Of a stretch of 64,000 nucleotides of DNA, positions 40,202-52,299 are shown in pieces (positions within the stretch are counted from its first letter, which is position 1; every line of letters begins with the position of its first letter). The translations under genes were made by a program, and so were the position numbers. The stretch is taken from contig CAUYUJ010000203.1 of NCBI GenBank assembly GCA_963575745.1, forward strand, positions 186,001-250,000. Direction: 5' to 3'. A model generated the notes under the pieces. The model was not told the origin of the DNA, made no database searches, and saw only the letters and a program-made list of their open reading frames with translations. Origin of the DNA: Prorocentrum cordatum. Lineage: Eukaryota.

Positions 40202-40992
40202 CCTCCTCATCCTCCTCTTCCTCCTTTTCCTCCTCCTCCTCCTCCTTCTCCTCCTCCTCCTCCTCCCCCCCCTTTTGTCCTCCTCCTCTTCCTCCTCGTC
40301 CCCCTCCTCCTTTTCAACCTCCTCCTCCTCCTCCTCCTCCTCCTCCTCTCCCCCCTCCTTCCCTTCGTCATCAGCATCGTCAGCAGCATCAGCATCATCA
40401 TCGTCATCGCGAGCATCATCCACACTCTCCTCCTCCTCGTCCTCTTCCTCCTCCTGCTTCTCTCCCCTCCCTTTTCCTCCTTCTCCTCCTCCTTTTCCTC
40501 TTCCTCCTCCTCGCCCTCGTCGTCCTCCTCCTCCTCCTCCTGTTCCTCGTCCTCCTCCTCCTCCCCCTCCTCCTTCCCGTTCCCCCCCCCCCTCCTCCTC
40601 CTTCTCCTCCTCCTCCTCCTCCTCCTCCTCCTCCTCCTCCTCCTCCTCCTCCTCCTCCTCCTCTGCCTTTTCCTCCTCCTCCTCCTCCTCCTCCTCCTCC
40701 TCCTCCTCTTCCTCCACCTCCTCCTCTCCTCCTCTCCTCTCCTCCTCCTCCTCCTCCTCCTCCTCCTCCTCCTCCTCCTCCTCCTCCTCTTCCTCCTCCT
40801 CCGCCCTCTCCTCCTCCGCCTCCTCCTCCTCCTCCTCCGCCTCCGCCTCCCTCCTCCTCGTCCTCCTCCTCGTCCTTCCTCTCCTCTTCGTTATTATCCT
40901 CCTCCTCCTCCTCCTGCTCCTCCTTCTGTTCTTCCTCGTTCTCCTCGTCCTCCTCCTCCTGTTCCTCATCCTCTTCTTCCTCCTCCTCCTCC
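40202..40992. repeat. Degenerate (CCT)n tract
   Basis: Directly visible. Confidence 0.95.
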
Positions 40993-42570
40993 AGGTCCAG
41001 TGGCCCTGGGCCTGCGCGTCCACTGGGCAGGGGCGCCTTGGACCAGGCAGGCGCAATTCGACGCGAAGCTGGCCGCCTCGTCCGAATGCGCCGCATGCGG
41101 GGCGGAGTCGGACACTCCTGGGCACCGCTTCTTCGGGTGCGAGACGCTCCTGGAGCCAGCGTTCCTGGGCGAGGAGAAGGGCGAGGTGCAAGAGGCGCAA
41201 CGTGGTCTGGGCCTCCATGCGCGACCAGGGCCTCAGGCGTGGGACGAGTTCGCGCTGTCGACCTGCCTCCCATGCGTACCACCGAGCGTGCCGCCTGCGG
41301 AGCGCACCCCGAAGGGTTATTACTGGGGCGACTGGAGCGCCGCCCCTGACATGACGCGCGTGGGCAACGTCGTCTTCACGGACGGCTCGGACTTCGTCGA
41401 TGCCCGGGCTGCGGAGGTGCGGCTGGGCAGCCGTGCAGGTCTCGACGCAGGGCCTGCCTGTGCGCGCCGCGCGCGGGCCGCTGCCGGGCCCCCATCCAGA
41501 CGGTAGGGCGCGCGGAGAGGCACGCCCTGCTGCAGGCGCTGCTGGTCCTCTCGCCCTAGCTCGGCGGGCCTGCCGTCGACGGCGTCGTCACGGACCTGCC
41601 GGGGCTCGCCGGGGAGGCGGCCTCTTGGGGCGCGGCGCTCGAGCAGTTGAGGTCGAGGCCAGCTCGGGGAGGGTACCCTCCCTGACCTTCCAAGACGGGC
41701 TAAGAAGCCAAGGCTATGCTACGTCTTGGTTTTGACGCCATGGTCTGGCGGCGCGCCCTACGCGCGCAGCTTGCGCGGCCGGCGGTGCGCTGGATTCCCG
41801 CGCGCACTGCGCTCGAGCAGTGCCGGGAGCGCGGGCCGCACCCTCCTCGTCTTCCCGGGGGAAGCTGCGTGCGGACATTTTTTCGCGCAGGAAGGGGCCA
41901 GGGCCCACGCGGTCTCGCAGGGCTGCGCTGACTCCCACGGGGTCGAGGTCGAGTGCCACCAGCAGGTCGCGGCCTACATCGCGTGGGCCATGCAGCGCAT
42001 GCTGAAGATCCCGAGCTGGCAGGTGACGGACTCGGCAGCGCGCCCCTGCAAGGGGCCCCCGAGCGCGCCGCCCGTGGCGGTGGTGCGGCACTAGCTGGTC
42101 CTTCTGCGTGGCGGCAGGGTCGTGCTGTGTCGGCGGTGCTGCAGATCCACGGCGGCCACCAGAGGTCCGTCGCGGGCGCAGTTCCTGTGCTCTCCATGCA
42201 GCGTGAGCGAGGTGGCTCGTTCGCCATGGCTGCGCTGGACGCATCCCGGGGGCTGCTGGACCCAGGCGACCTGGCCGAGGCCCCGTCGACGCTCTGGGCC
42301 CTGGGCGACACGGCGGTGGACGTGCAGGGCCACCGCTTGCGCAGGGCTGGCCCCACCATCTTCTGCCAGGTGTGTGTGTGTGTGTGTGTGGCCTGGTCGG
42401 GCAGCGGCACGTCGAGAGCGCTGCTGGAGCCGTGCCGCGGCTTGCCCACTGGCGAGGGTCGCGATGCGAGGACCTACCTGTCCAACCTGAAGTCGCGGCT
42501 TCGGAGGCTGGAGGCAGGCAGTCACCCGAAGAGCGGAGAGGCCATTGCTTGGCGGGGAGTTGCTGGCTGA
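40993..42570 (+). mobile_element. 5'-truncated LINE fragment (CCHC-like motif, RNase H, C-terminus)
   Basis: CAACGAESDTPGHRFFGC; VVFTDGS; LRRCGWAAVQV..ARGPLPG; terminal GHRLRRAGPTIFCQVC..LLEPCRGLP..RLEAGSHP. Confidence 0.8.
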
Positions 42571-43047
42571 ATCGTGGGTCGGGGCAGAGTCTCGACCATG
42601 TCCTGAAAACGTGCCGCTTGGAGTGGCGGAGTGCGCCAGTCGGAGGTGCTCTTCGTCGTGTTTGGCACCTCCGAGTCGTTCTTCGGGTGTGAGGTGCTGA
42701 GGGCGTTTGGCCGCGGCATTGTCGGCTGGTGTCTGATCGGCCAACGGTCGGCATGCCCTCGAGGTGGCGTGCTGGCCCGCAGGCGGCGCGCGGGTGAGGT
42801 GGCGGCCTGCTGGCGCCCAGGTCCCCGCCGCCTGCGAGGAGCGCTGGGGGAGTGCTCCCAGTCCAGGCGGGCCACCGCGGCCGCGGCCTGATGCCGCTCT
42901 GGCCATCCTGGGCCGAGCGAAGCGGCGTGCGCCGTGCAGGTCGTCGTCATCGGCGACCCGGTGCCCATCTGAGGCCGCCCGTTCGGGCAACGCGAGCGTC
43001 TGTCGGGCCACCGTCGGGTGCCTCTCGCCGTCATCTCCCGTCATCTC

Positions 43048-43570
43048 CGCTCCTCCTCCTCGTCCTCCTCCTCCTCCTCATCATCATCATCCTCCTCTTC
43101 CCCGTCCTCCTCCTCCTCCTCCTCCTCCTCCTCCTCCCCCTCCTCCTCCTCCTCCTCCTCCCCCCCCTCCCTCCCCCCGCCTCCTCTCCTCCTCCTCCGT
43201 CCTCCTCCTCGTCCTCCTCCTCCTCCTTCTCCTCCTCCTCCTGCTTCCCCTCCTCCTCCTCCTCGTTCTCCTCCTCCTCCTCCTCCTCCTCCTCCTCCTC
43301 CTCCTCCCGCCTCCTTTTCCTCCCCCTCCTCCTGCTTCTCATTCTCCTCCTCCTCCTCCTCCTCCTTCTCCTTCTCCTCCTCCTCCTCCTCCTCCTCCTC
43401 TTCTCCTCCCTCCTCCTCCTTCTCCTCCTCCTCCTCCTCCTCCTGCTTCTCCTCCTCCCCCCCCCTCCTCCATCCCCATCCTCCTCCCCCCATCCCTCCT
43501 CCTCCTCCTCCTCCTCCTCCTCCTCCTCTTCCTCCTCTTCCTCCTCTTCCTCCTTTCCCCTCTTCCTCGT
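43048..43570. repeat. Degenerate (CCT)n tract followed by GTC-rich low complexity
   Basis: Directly visible. Confidence 0.95.
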
Positions 43571-44157
43571 CCGCCTGGATGCTGCAGTTGCCGTCGGCGA
43601 TCGCCGCCGTCGGCAGGCGGTGCTCGTCTCGGCGCCGAGGTCGCGTCGCTGTCGTTGTCGCAGCAATCGGCGTCGGCACCGTCGGCGTCGGCGGCGCCGG
43701 CGCCAGGGTCTCGGATGAGCGCGGCTAGGATCAGCCGACACCGCCGTCGGCGGACAGCGTCAACCTCGGCGCCGCTGCCAGCGCCGTCGTCCTCGCCGTT
43801 GCTGTCGGCGGCGGCGCGGCCGTGGTCGCGGTGTCGTTGTTGCGAGTCGGCGTAGGCGTCGTTGACGTCGTGGCCCTTCGTCGTCGCCGTCGACGTATTT
43901 TGCCGCCGGCTTCGTCGTCGCCATCTTTGTGCCGCCGTCGGCGTCGTCGTCGTGACCAGCGCCGCGGTCGCGCAGTCTTCACATCGACGTCATCTGCGTC
44001 GCCGTCGTCGTCGCCATCGGCGTCCGATTCATTTTCGCATTCAATATTGCCGCCGTCATCTCGTCGCCGCCGGCGTCGCTGTTCAACGTCGTGGCCCTCG
44101 CCGATGTCTTGCCGTCGCCCTCGCACCGTCCTCGCCGTCGCCGCCGTCGTCGTTGAG

Positions 44158-44244
44158 GCTTCCGTGGACATCTTCCACTTCGCGGTGGTGTTCTTCACCG
44201 TGTTCCTCATTTACACGATCTCGGGCATGCTGCTGTTTGGGCAG
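44158..44244 (+). CDS. Polycystin-like channel, exon (S5)
   Basis: TGAG acceptor; ASVDIFHFAVVFFTVFLIYTISGMLLFGQ; CAG|GA donor; joins the next exon in frame. Confidence 0.9.
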
Positions 44245-44639
44245 GAGAGCTCCTGCGGGGTGAGCGTTTGCGGAGGCAGGGGGCGCCTTCTAGTAACCGT
44301 GTGCCCTCTATGATACAATGAACCATACCCCTCCCCACCAACCTCACGACTGTCTCCGACCAAGACAGTTTTGGTTGTCGGTTGGGGGCGGCGGGTCCGA
44401 ACTTCAGGAGGAAGAACGGGACGACGAGGGTGGAGCGAGAGGAAAAGGAAAACGAGGAGCGGATGAGGAGAGGTGGAGGCAGAGGTGGGAGGACGGGGAG
44501 GAGGATAGGGGGTAGGAGGGGGGGAGGGCGAGGAGGGGGATGAGAGAGGAGCGGGGAGCGGACGAGGGGAAGGAGGAACGAGCAGGGGGAGGAGGAGAAG
44601 GGGGGACGTCGAGGAAGAGACCAGGGCGCCCCTTGGCAG

Positions 44640-44725
44640 GAGCTCCTGATGTTCTCCACCACGGAGCGGGCCCTCGACGCGACCTTCAAGATCGTGATGG
44701 GCGACTTCGACTGGGAAGAGATGAG
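44640..44725 (+). CDS. Polycystin-like channel, exon (pore helix and GDFD filter)
   Basis: GGCAG acceptor; ELLMFSTTERALDATFKIVMGDFDWEEM+AG; GC donor. Not in the ORF track as such. Confidence 0.92.
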
Positions 44726-45234
44726 GCCCTCCTCTCAGGAGCAACGATAGGGTTAAGTCGGGCCTGTCCCTCTACAGGAGGAATATTCGTAAATAGTCAA
44801 AATGTAGTCAGGGGTTATTTTTTACTACTTTCGGTATTTTCGGACATCCCCCTGTAGGAGGACATGCCCGACCTAACGACAGGGGTGGATCGGCATCGGA
44901 GGGATGTATCGACCCCCAGTCGCCCGTTGATTGCCGATCGGGGCCCGGTGGCCCCAACCTGCCCAGGAAGGCGCAGAGGAGCAATTGGGGGTCCAGCGCC
45001 GATCTCTCGGCGACGTATCGCCGATTCCAGGTCGATGCCTCTCCCCCTCATGCCGGTCCCTGCGTTAGTCCGAAGGACATACAGCAGCACAAGCATGATC
45101 TCTCGGCGATCTGCGCTGGGTGCCCCTGGCGGCGCCTCGGGTGCCACCCCTGGCGCGCTCCGCGCGCCAGGGAGGGTGGTCCAGCGCAGATCCAAGAAAT
45201 CCGCGCGGAGCGCCGAAAGTTTATGTTCATGCAC

Positions 45235-45281
<47 letters not shown>

Positions 45282-45309
45282 GTTGTTGTTGGTGTTGTTG
45301 TTGTTGTAG

Positions 45310-45392
<83 letters not shown>
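45235..45392. repeat. (GTT)n microsatellite
   Basis: Directly visible. Confidence 0.95.
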
Positions 45393-48300
45393 CCTCTATC
45401 TTCCTTCATCGTCGTCGAACCGATCTCCCTTCCCACTGGGCCAGTGTGGTTCGGCCCCGTTCGCCCAGCCACCCCAGGTGGATATGTGTCCCGCGAAGCC
45501 CGATGGGAACCGCATATCTCCCCACCTACGGGGACGCGGATCGGTTAAGCGGTGCTCATTCCTCCCCGGATATCCGGAGGCTGGATCACATCGCGCCAGA
45601 GTGCTTTGCCGTTTCGTAATTTTAGGGCCGTATATTGTGAAACAGCAGTCCTGAGTCAAGGAGTCCAGGGGCGGGAAATTGGAACAAAGGTCGAGTCATC
45701 GAGGGACTGTACTGGGCCATCGTCCTCATCCTCCTCTCCTCCTCCGCCGCCTCCGCGTCCTTCTCCTCCTCTAGCTCGTCCTCATCATCCGTCCACAACT
45801 ATAGATTACGAATACGACTTTCCTCGTCCCCCTGATTATGTGTGGAAGATGTTCCGCCATCTCCGTGTATTGCCCTGCACAGGATTTCAAAAGGTCGGTT
45901 TTCTGAAATGGTGCTGCACTCCGATTGTATTTTGTGCTTGGAATGGTGTTCCCGCTGCAGCGTGGGCCTCGTTCTTGGATCGGCGCGGTGCTCCCGTCGT
46001 TCAGAATGGCGATCTCGCCTCAGCGCGGACAACTGCTCTGCACCCGAGCCTTCTTCCGTCGCTGCCGCCCCCCTCATGATCCCTCGTGCGCCTTCCCCTG
46101 GCATTCCTGCTCCTCACGTTCCTTCGGCTCCAATTCCTGCTGCTGCTGCTGTTCGTTCTCATCCACTCGCTGCATCCTCCTTTTTCTCCTGCCCATCTTC
46201 CTGCCCGCCCACCACCTCCTACGTACACAGCTCTCCTTTTCCGATCGCACATGGCACGTTTCTGAAAGTTCAGGTCGGCCATGACACGCGTCCGCGGATA
46301 GAGAGCAGACATGATTCTCTCTCCCCCCCTCCTCCTCCCCATAGGCCGTTCTCCTTTCGTTGTCGCTGCTGGGCTGTGGCTGGCAGTGATGCTGTCCGGG
46401 GGAGCCAGGCAGCCCTCCGCCCGCCCGACCGGCACGCGCCGTTTTTTGCAGAGCGGGATGCCCCGCCGAGGTGGCGCCCGATGTGTGCTCGGGATGAGCG
46501 CGCGAGCCTCCGCGGGCAACCCGGAGCGGGTTAGGGGCCCAGGCAGCAGCACCCCCGCCGCATGCTTCCGATTTTCGGAGGGCAAAGCACGACACGGACA
46601 TACAGTGGGGGCCCATGCCAAGAAACACTCTGCTTGCCTCCAGGGTGCCCTTGGTTTCTTGGATTTCGATGGTTTTGCTATGGAAAGCGTGACGTTGCCA
46701 CGCCAAAAATCAATGGACGTCCTGGGGTCTCAGGGTTGGGTTTCTTGGGGAAGGTTCCTTGCGGATTGGCCCCTACTGTATTCTCTCTGAGGTCCGCACG
46801 GGTTTCTTGGATCGGCGCTGGGCCCCCTGGCTGCGCCTCCGCGCGCCAGGGGTGTCCAGCCGCCGCTGCAAGACATCCGCGCGGACCTCCGAGAGGTCTG
46901 GTCATGCCGTTTTTCTTCCTGGGGGCGTCGCTCCACCACTACCATCACCTCGTCCCCCCTCCTTGCAATGTGGCCTCGGGCCAGGTCGGATATTCCGTGG
47001 GGTCAGGGGCGCGCAGGTCACCCAGGCTCCAGACGGTCCCCCATCTTATTCTGCTTCGACCTCCTGCCTCCTCATCCCCAGCCCTCGTCCTCTTCAACCT
47101 TCCCCCCCTCTCCTCATCCGGCTCCTCGGTCTGTCGGCCGATCGTATGAAAACGGCATTGCAGAGTTGTTGTGGGAGGCGGCCGACTGGGCAAGGACACG
47201 GAGGGGCCAGAGAATGGAGAGCAGCAGCGGCGGGCAGGGCAGCATTTCTGCATGTCCTCCTTCTTCTTCTCCCCCTCCTCCTCCTCTTCACCTCTTCCAT
47301 CTTTGTTTCTCCTTTTTTTCAGAACTCCTCCTCCTCCTCCTTCTCCTTCTCCTTCTCCTCCTCCTCCCCCTCCTCCTCCTCCTCCTCCTTTTCATGGACG
47401 ACCTGCGGCGCGTCTGCGACTCGTTCGATGAGGAGCCGATCCCCCGGCAGAAGGAGGAACACGATCGGAGCTTCGCAGCTTTCATGGTCAAGCAGTGGCG
47501 TGGCGTCCTGGCTTGCCTACAGGCCCACCAAACAATGTCTATGAACCTTGTATGATTCTTGGCTTACGCCGCACCGCCGACCCCTTGGGGGGCTCCTGGT
47601 AGGTCTCTCAAGGTCCTCCTGGCAGCACTTTAGTTTGAAGCCTTTGGGGGGCTGTTTTGGGGCCTCTTGGGGCCTCTGTTTGGCCTTTGGTGGGCCTCTT
47701 GGAGCCTCTGGGGGGCTTCTTGGGGGCCTCTTGAGGCCTCCTGGAGGCTTCTTAGGTCTGGGGTCTGGGCCCCCTCCTGGACCCGTCTTGGGGGCCTCGT
47801 GGGCCGTCTTGGGGCCCTCTTGGGCCGTCTTGGAGCCTTCTTGGGGGTTTCCTGGGCCGTCTTGGGGCGACTCTGAGACCTCTTGGGCCGTCTTGGACGT
47901 TGTGAAAGCCCAAGAGGCGTATGTGCTAAAATCAGACGTTTCCCTGAGGCACTGAAGCGAGTTTTGTTTCTGCGGGCCCTCTTGGGACGCCTCTTGGGGG
48001 CCTCTTGGGGTGTCTCGGGGGCGTCTTGGGCCGTCTGGGGGCATCCTGGGCGTCTTGGAACGATGCATCGGCGGCTCGGGCCCCTCTTGGACTATCTTGT
48101 GAGCCTCTTGGGGTCCTCCTGGCCCGCCGTGAGGCCCGTGGTGCGTTCCGCCGGGGCCGGCCATACCCCCCCCCCCTCCAAACCGACCAGCCCAGGCCCC
48201 GGGGGGAGGGGTTTGGGGAGGGGAAGCATCTTACACGCCGATGCCCCCAAGGGTTCGGTGGATCTGTACGAACTGTTGTTCGCACACTTCTGGCTGAGAC

Positions 48301-48810
48301 CGTATTGCTTTAGCACGTCGGTGTTAGGATCTTCCATGTGTTTGGTTGGTGTCTGATTGTTTGGTTATGAGGGAATTTCGTGCTAGGCCTGTAGGAATGC
48401 CGGGAGGGTTAGTCCCTGCTCAGTATGTCGCCCGGCCCCGAAAAGGTATGTGACCGAAAACATTCGGTGACCAAACACGTGCCCGAAAAAGTGGCGGACA
48501 ACGTATTGTGACCGAAAGTGTGGCAGACATTGGAATTCGCCTCTGCTTCGACCCAAGATTTCCGGTCACACCCTGGCGCTTTCGGAATCACTTGGGCGAT
48601 GCTTGCAGTCACACGGACAGATTTTCGGGCACAGAGTCGATCACCACCATCCCTGAAGTGGAGGCCAGGCCGCATGACAGTTTAGGCCCAGCCAGGAGGC
48701 GCAGGCAGTGCGGGCGGGGGCAGAGGAAGAGAGGGAGGCGAGGAGAGGGGGGATACGCTCCGTCCCTCCCTCGCCCGCTCCTCCCTCCCGGCCTCCCGCC
48801 CCCCCCTGAG

Positions 48811-48862
48811 GCGCATCGGCAGACTCGAGGCGTGGATCTGGTTCGTGACCTTCATGTTGCTG
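48811..48862 (+). CDS. Polycystin-like channel, exon (start of S6)
   Basis: CTGAG acceptor; first G completes AG|G (Arg), then RIGRLEAWIWFVTFMLL; GC donor; phase-compatible on both sides. Confidence 0.9.
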
Positions 48863-49413
48863 GCGAGCCTCCGCCCTCGCCAGGGGGGGGGGGGGCGCCC
48901 TCCTGCGTCGCCCTGGAGTGCAGGGGGGGGGTGGTCATCCGCAGGGGCGCGAGGAGAATGGCGCCCGCGCCAACGAGGGGGTTGCGGGGAGGAGGGGGTC
49001 GTCGCCGTCGCTGTTTTCGTCCTCCTCCCTTCCTCCTCTTCCTCCTCCTCCTCCTCCTCCTTCTCCCTCTCCTTCAGTGCTCGCGACTCGCTTGAGCCTA
49101 CTCGGCATTGTCCGCATTGTCTTCTCCCTCTCAGGGAAGAGACTCAGGGGGGAGAGCATCGAGCCCCAATCGCCCACTGGTCGCCGACAGGGACGTGGCG
49201 GCCCGCCCCGCCCAGGAACGCGCGCGGCTGCGCCATCAGAGGCCCTTGGCTGCGCCGTCGGTGGCGTGTCGTCGATTCCAGATTGGCGCTTGCCCACCAC
49301 CCCCCTGGGCCAGTCCTTCCCGCATCGTCCCTTGTCCGGCGAGCCAACGGGGTTGGAGCCCCAGCTTGGCTGAAGCTGCGCGCCCGCTCGATCGATGGCG
49401 CCTGGGCGGGCAG

Positions 49414-49470
49414 GTGAACCTCATCATGCTCAACATGTTGATTGCTATCATCATGGACGTCTACGCCGAG
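49414..49470 (+). CDS. Polycystin-like channel, exon (S6 gate)
   Basis: GGCAG acceptor; VNLIMLNMLIAIIMDVYAE (cf. LNMFLAIINDTYSE of polycystin-2); GC donor. Confidence 0.93.
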
Positions 49471-50765
49471 GCGACCGCGCTCGCTAGCCCAAGAGCGACG
49501 ACGACGACAGCGACGACCGCGGCCGTGACGACGACAACGACGACGACGATGGCGACAATGGCGACGAAGACCACGACCACGATCGCACAGACGACGGCCA
49601 CCACGGCGACGGCGTCATCGGCGGCGCTGACTATGATGGAGCTGGAAGTGCACTCGGGCTCACCAGTCCTGGTAGAGGGACTCGCCGCTCAGCAATCCAG
49701 TCCCCTGGGCATCGTCTGAAGTCTTCCAGGGCACAGCTTGAACGACGCCGTGAGGCCAAGGTAGTGGGCCGCGGCACCATGATTATCAATATCGCCACCT
49801 CTGTTCCGCAGTTCACGATGTACACTCCGACACATCCCCATGTACCCGACACTAGTGCGCATGGCTGATGACCCCTCCAGGTTGCAGCATGCAAGGGCCG
49901 TGGGTCAAAACGTTTTTCTTTGCGGCGCCACGCTTTCGGGACGCGCGCCGGGCGATTCGCACCTCCGCGCAAATTGGTTTGTCTGTCGGTGGCGCGATCT
50001 GCGAGGACGCCCGAAGGCTCGAGCGATGGAAGTCGCCGCGATTAGTAGAGCAGTCTGGCAGCATGAATTGGAAGTCCAGGAGGCCTCATGTCAAGAGGGG
50101 AAATCCACCAGGACCAGAGAAATGGCGTTTACTAATCGGCCGTGGGCGTTTACTAAACAGCCCTGCCCTGTTCGATCCCTTCTGGGTGCATTTACTAAAC
50201 GGCTTCGCGTGTCGGGGTGATTATTGTGAGGGCGGATGTTCTGCCCTCTATCATGTGGCTTCAGGAGTCCGTTGGAGTACTGGGGAATGTCCAGGAGGAG
50301 GTCTCAGGAGGCCTCGGAGGTTTCTGAAGCTCCGGGAAGCGTCAGGAGACCTCCCTGGAGGCTTCGGAGTGAGCAGGAGAAGGCAGAGGACGAGTATGCG
50401 GATTAGTCGGGTGAGGCTCGCCCAGAAGAGGGGGACCGTCTGGAATGCAGCTCCTTGACTGTCACGCTGCCGCCAGGCGCGCCGTGCTCGCGCACCTCCC
50501 CTGAAGTCACGCACCTCGCCCTCGTGGCTGGCATCGTGCCTCTGTTGCTTCTTGATTGTGGTTCACAGTCGAAACCAAGCAGGAGTTGTATGTGTTGGGT
50601 TTCGTCTGGCACCCTTGCATCCTTTGCAAGAGGCCTCCGCATCCTCCGGCAACCGTCCTGATACTTGCCCTTGCTGCCGAGTCTGCCTGTACTTTGCCCC
50701 TTTCCTCCTGGAGAGAGACTCCGCCCATGCGGATCTGCCTTTGCTTCTCTCTGCTGTGCTGCCAG

Positions 50766-50812
50766 GTGAAGAGCTCGCTTCCCGCCGACGCGGACACGCT
50801 CTGGTCGCACGG
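50766..50812 (+). CDS. Polycystin-like channel, exon (post-S6)
   Basis: GCCAG acceptor; VKSSLPADADTLWSH continues YAE-VK as in polycystin-2 YSEVK. 3' boundary (GT at 50813) is uncertain. Confidence 0.75.
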
Positions 50813-51768
50813 GTACTGGAAAAGTGTAAAAGCATCCGCGGTGTTCTTATGAGTCGGCGGACATCACGTTCGTCTCGTATCCTCCTATTTGTCGCTTCTG
50901 CCCCCGCCTATGCTTCGTCTTCCTGCCTCACCATTTCGTCATGTTTCTATTGCTTTTCCAATTTCCTCCAGGACCGTCGGCCGAAGCAGGAAGGAACATC
51001 AGACCAGGGTATCAGTACGGGGCAGCACGGGGGGGATTTGTTCACAAGGGTCGGGCAATGCGATGTGACATCGGCAGGGGGTAATAGCTGAGGAGGGGCA
51101 TGAACGAGTACGGATGGCCATGGTAAGGCAAACGGGAGCATAACCATGAGAGGGAGCCGTCGGTAATTGCATACTTGTTCTTGTTGTATCACCCTTTCCG
51201 TTCATACCCAATTTGTATTCGCAGTGTCTTGCATACAGAGACATCGAAGATGCCTGCGGCGAACCACCGCCGCCACCTGTCTGTCAGGACACGCCTAGCT
51301 GGCCAAAGTTGTGGCCAGAGCTCGGCCAAGCTATCGGACTATGTGTCCCCCCAGCCGTTGTGGAAGCCCTTCGGGGAATTCTTGGGGGAGCCGATCAATT
51401 AGTTTGGCCATTGGGGGCCTTTTTGGAGGCTCGCTTGGAGACCTCTTCGGGCCGTCTTGTGGAGATCTTGGGAGCTTTTTTGGGCCGTCTTGAACCATCC
51501 TGAAGGGGCGAGCGCGAGACATCAACCATTGTCAAACATGTTGTGGGCCAGTGTGGGAAGGATTCGCGAAAGTCCATCTTGCCAGAAAACACTTCTCTGG
51601 GCAAACGTTCGCCCCAGATTGGCCAAGCTATCGGAGTATGGTTTCCCTCAGCTGTTCTGGAAACTCTTCGGGGAACAATTGGGGAAAGTCTGCTCGGGAC
51701 TATCAGGAACGAGACGTACGAGGAGGAGGAGGAGGAGGAGGAGGAGGAGGAGGAGGGCGAGGAGGAGG

Positions 51769-51790
51769 TCCGTAGCCAGTTTGGCTCAAG
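51769..51790 (+). other. Relict dinoflagellate spliced leader (DinoSL)
   Basis: TCCGTAGCCAGTTTGGCTCAAG matches DCCGTAGCCATTTTGGCTCAAG at 21/22. It directly follows (GGA)n and is not followed by an SL-RNA GT intron. Confidence 0.88.
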
Positions 51791-52299
51791 CCACTACCTG
51801 CAAAGCAATGGCGGGATGTGGCCCGTGCACGTGCGGCGCGCTGCGCAGGCGATGGCGTCGACCAGCCTCGACACGAAGGCTATGGCTACAGAGATCTTTT
51901 CGGGAATAATGCCGAGGCGCAGTCGCGCCGCATTGCGACGCCTGGCTTATGCAGCAAGGAAGGGGAACATCGGGGCCAGTGACCTTACCATCGTCACCAA
52001 TAGCGTCCACGCCAATGCCGCGGAGAAGGGCTGCTATCACCGTGATCGGGGAGAACGGCGAGACAAGGAGGCAACATCCGACAAACATGTCGCTGAGGTG
52101 GGGTCCTACGCTCTGGCACCCAGCGACTTGCGCGACGCACCGCCAATGCTGGCATCACGAAGTGCCTGATGGCAGACGGCATCCTGAACGCCCTTATCTT
52201 TGATGGCAACCTCAATGCCGTGGAAGACTGAATTGTGGATGGACCGAGCACTGCACGGCGGTGGCGGCTGCGGCCGGGGCGGCGGCGGCGGCGGCGATG

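Noticed and set aside
47395..47555. Coding-like FMDDLRRVCDSFDEEPIPRQKEEH..
   Set aside because: Short, unassignable, and not needed because the flanking channel exons join in frame without it.
50128..50200. Three TTTACTAA motifs as branch points
   Set aside because: About 570-640 nt from the next acceptor and tandemly repeated; more likely a repeat subunit.
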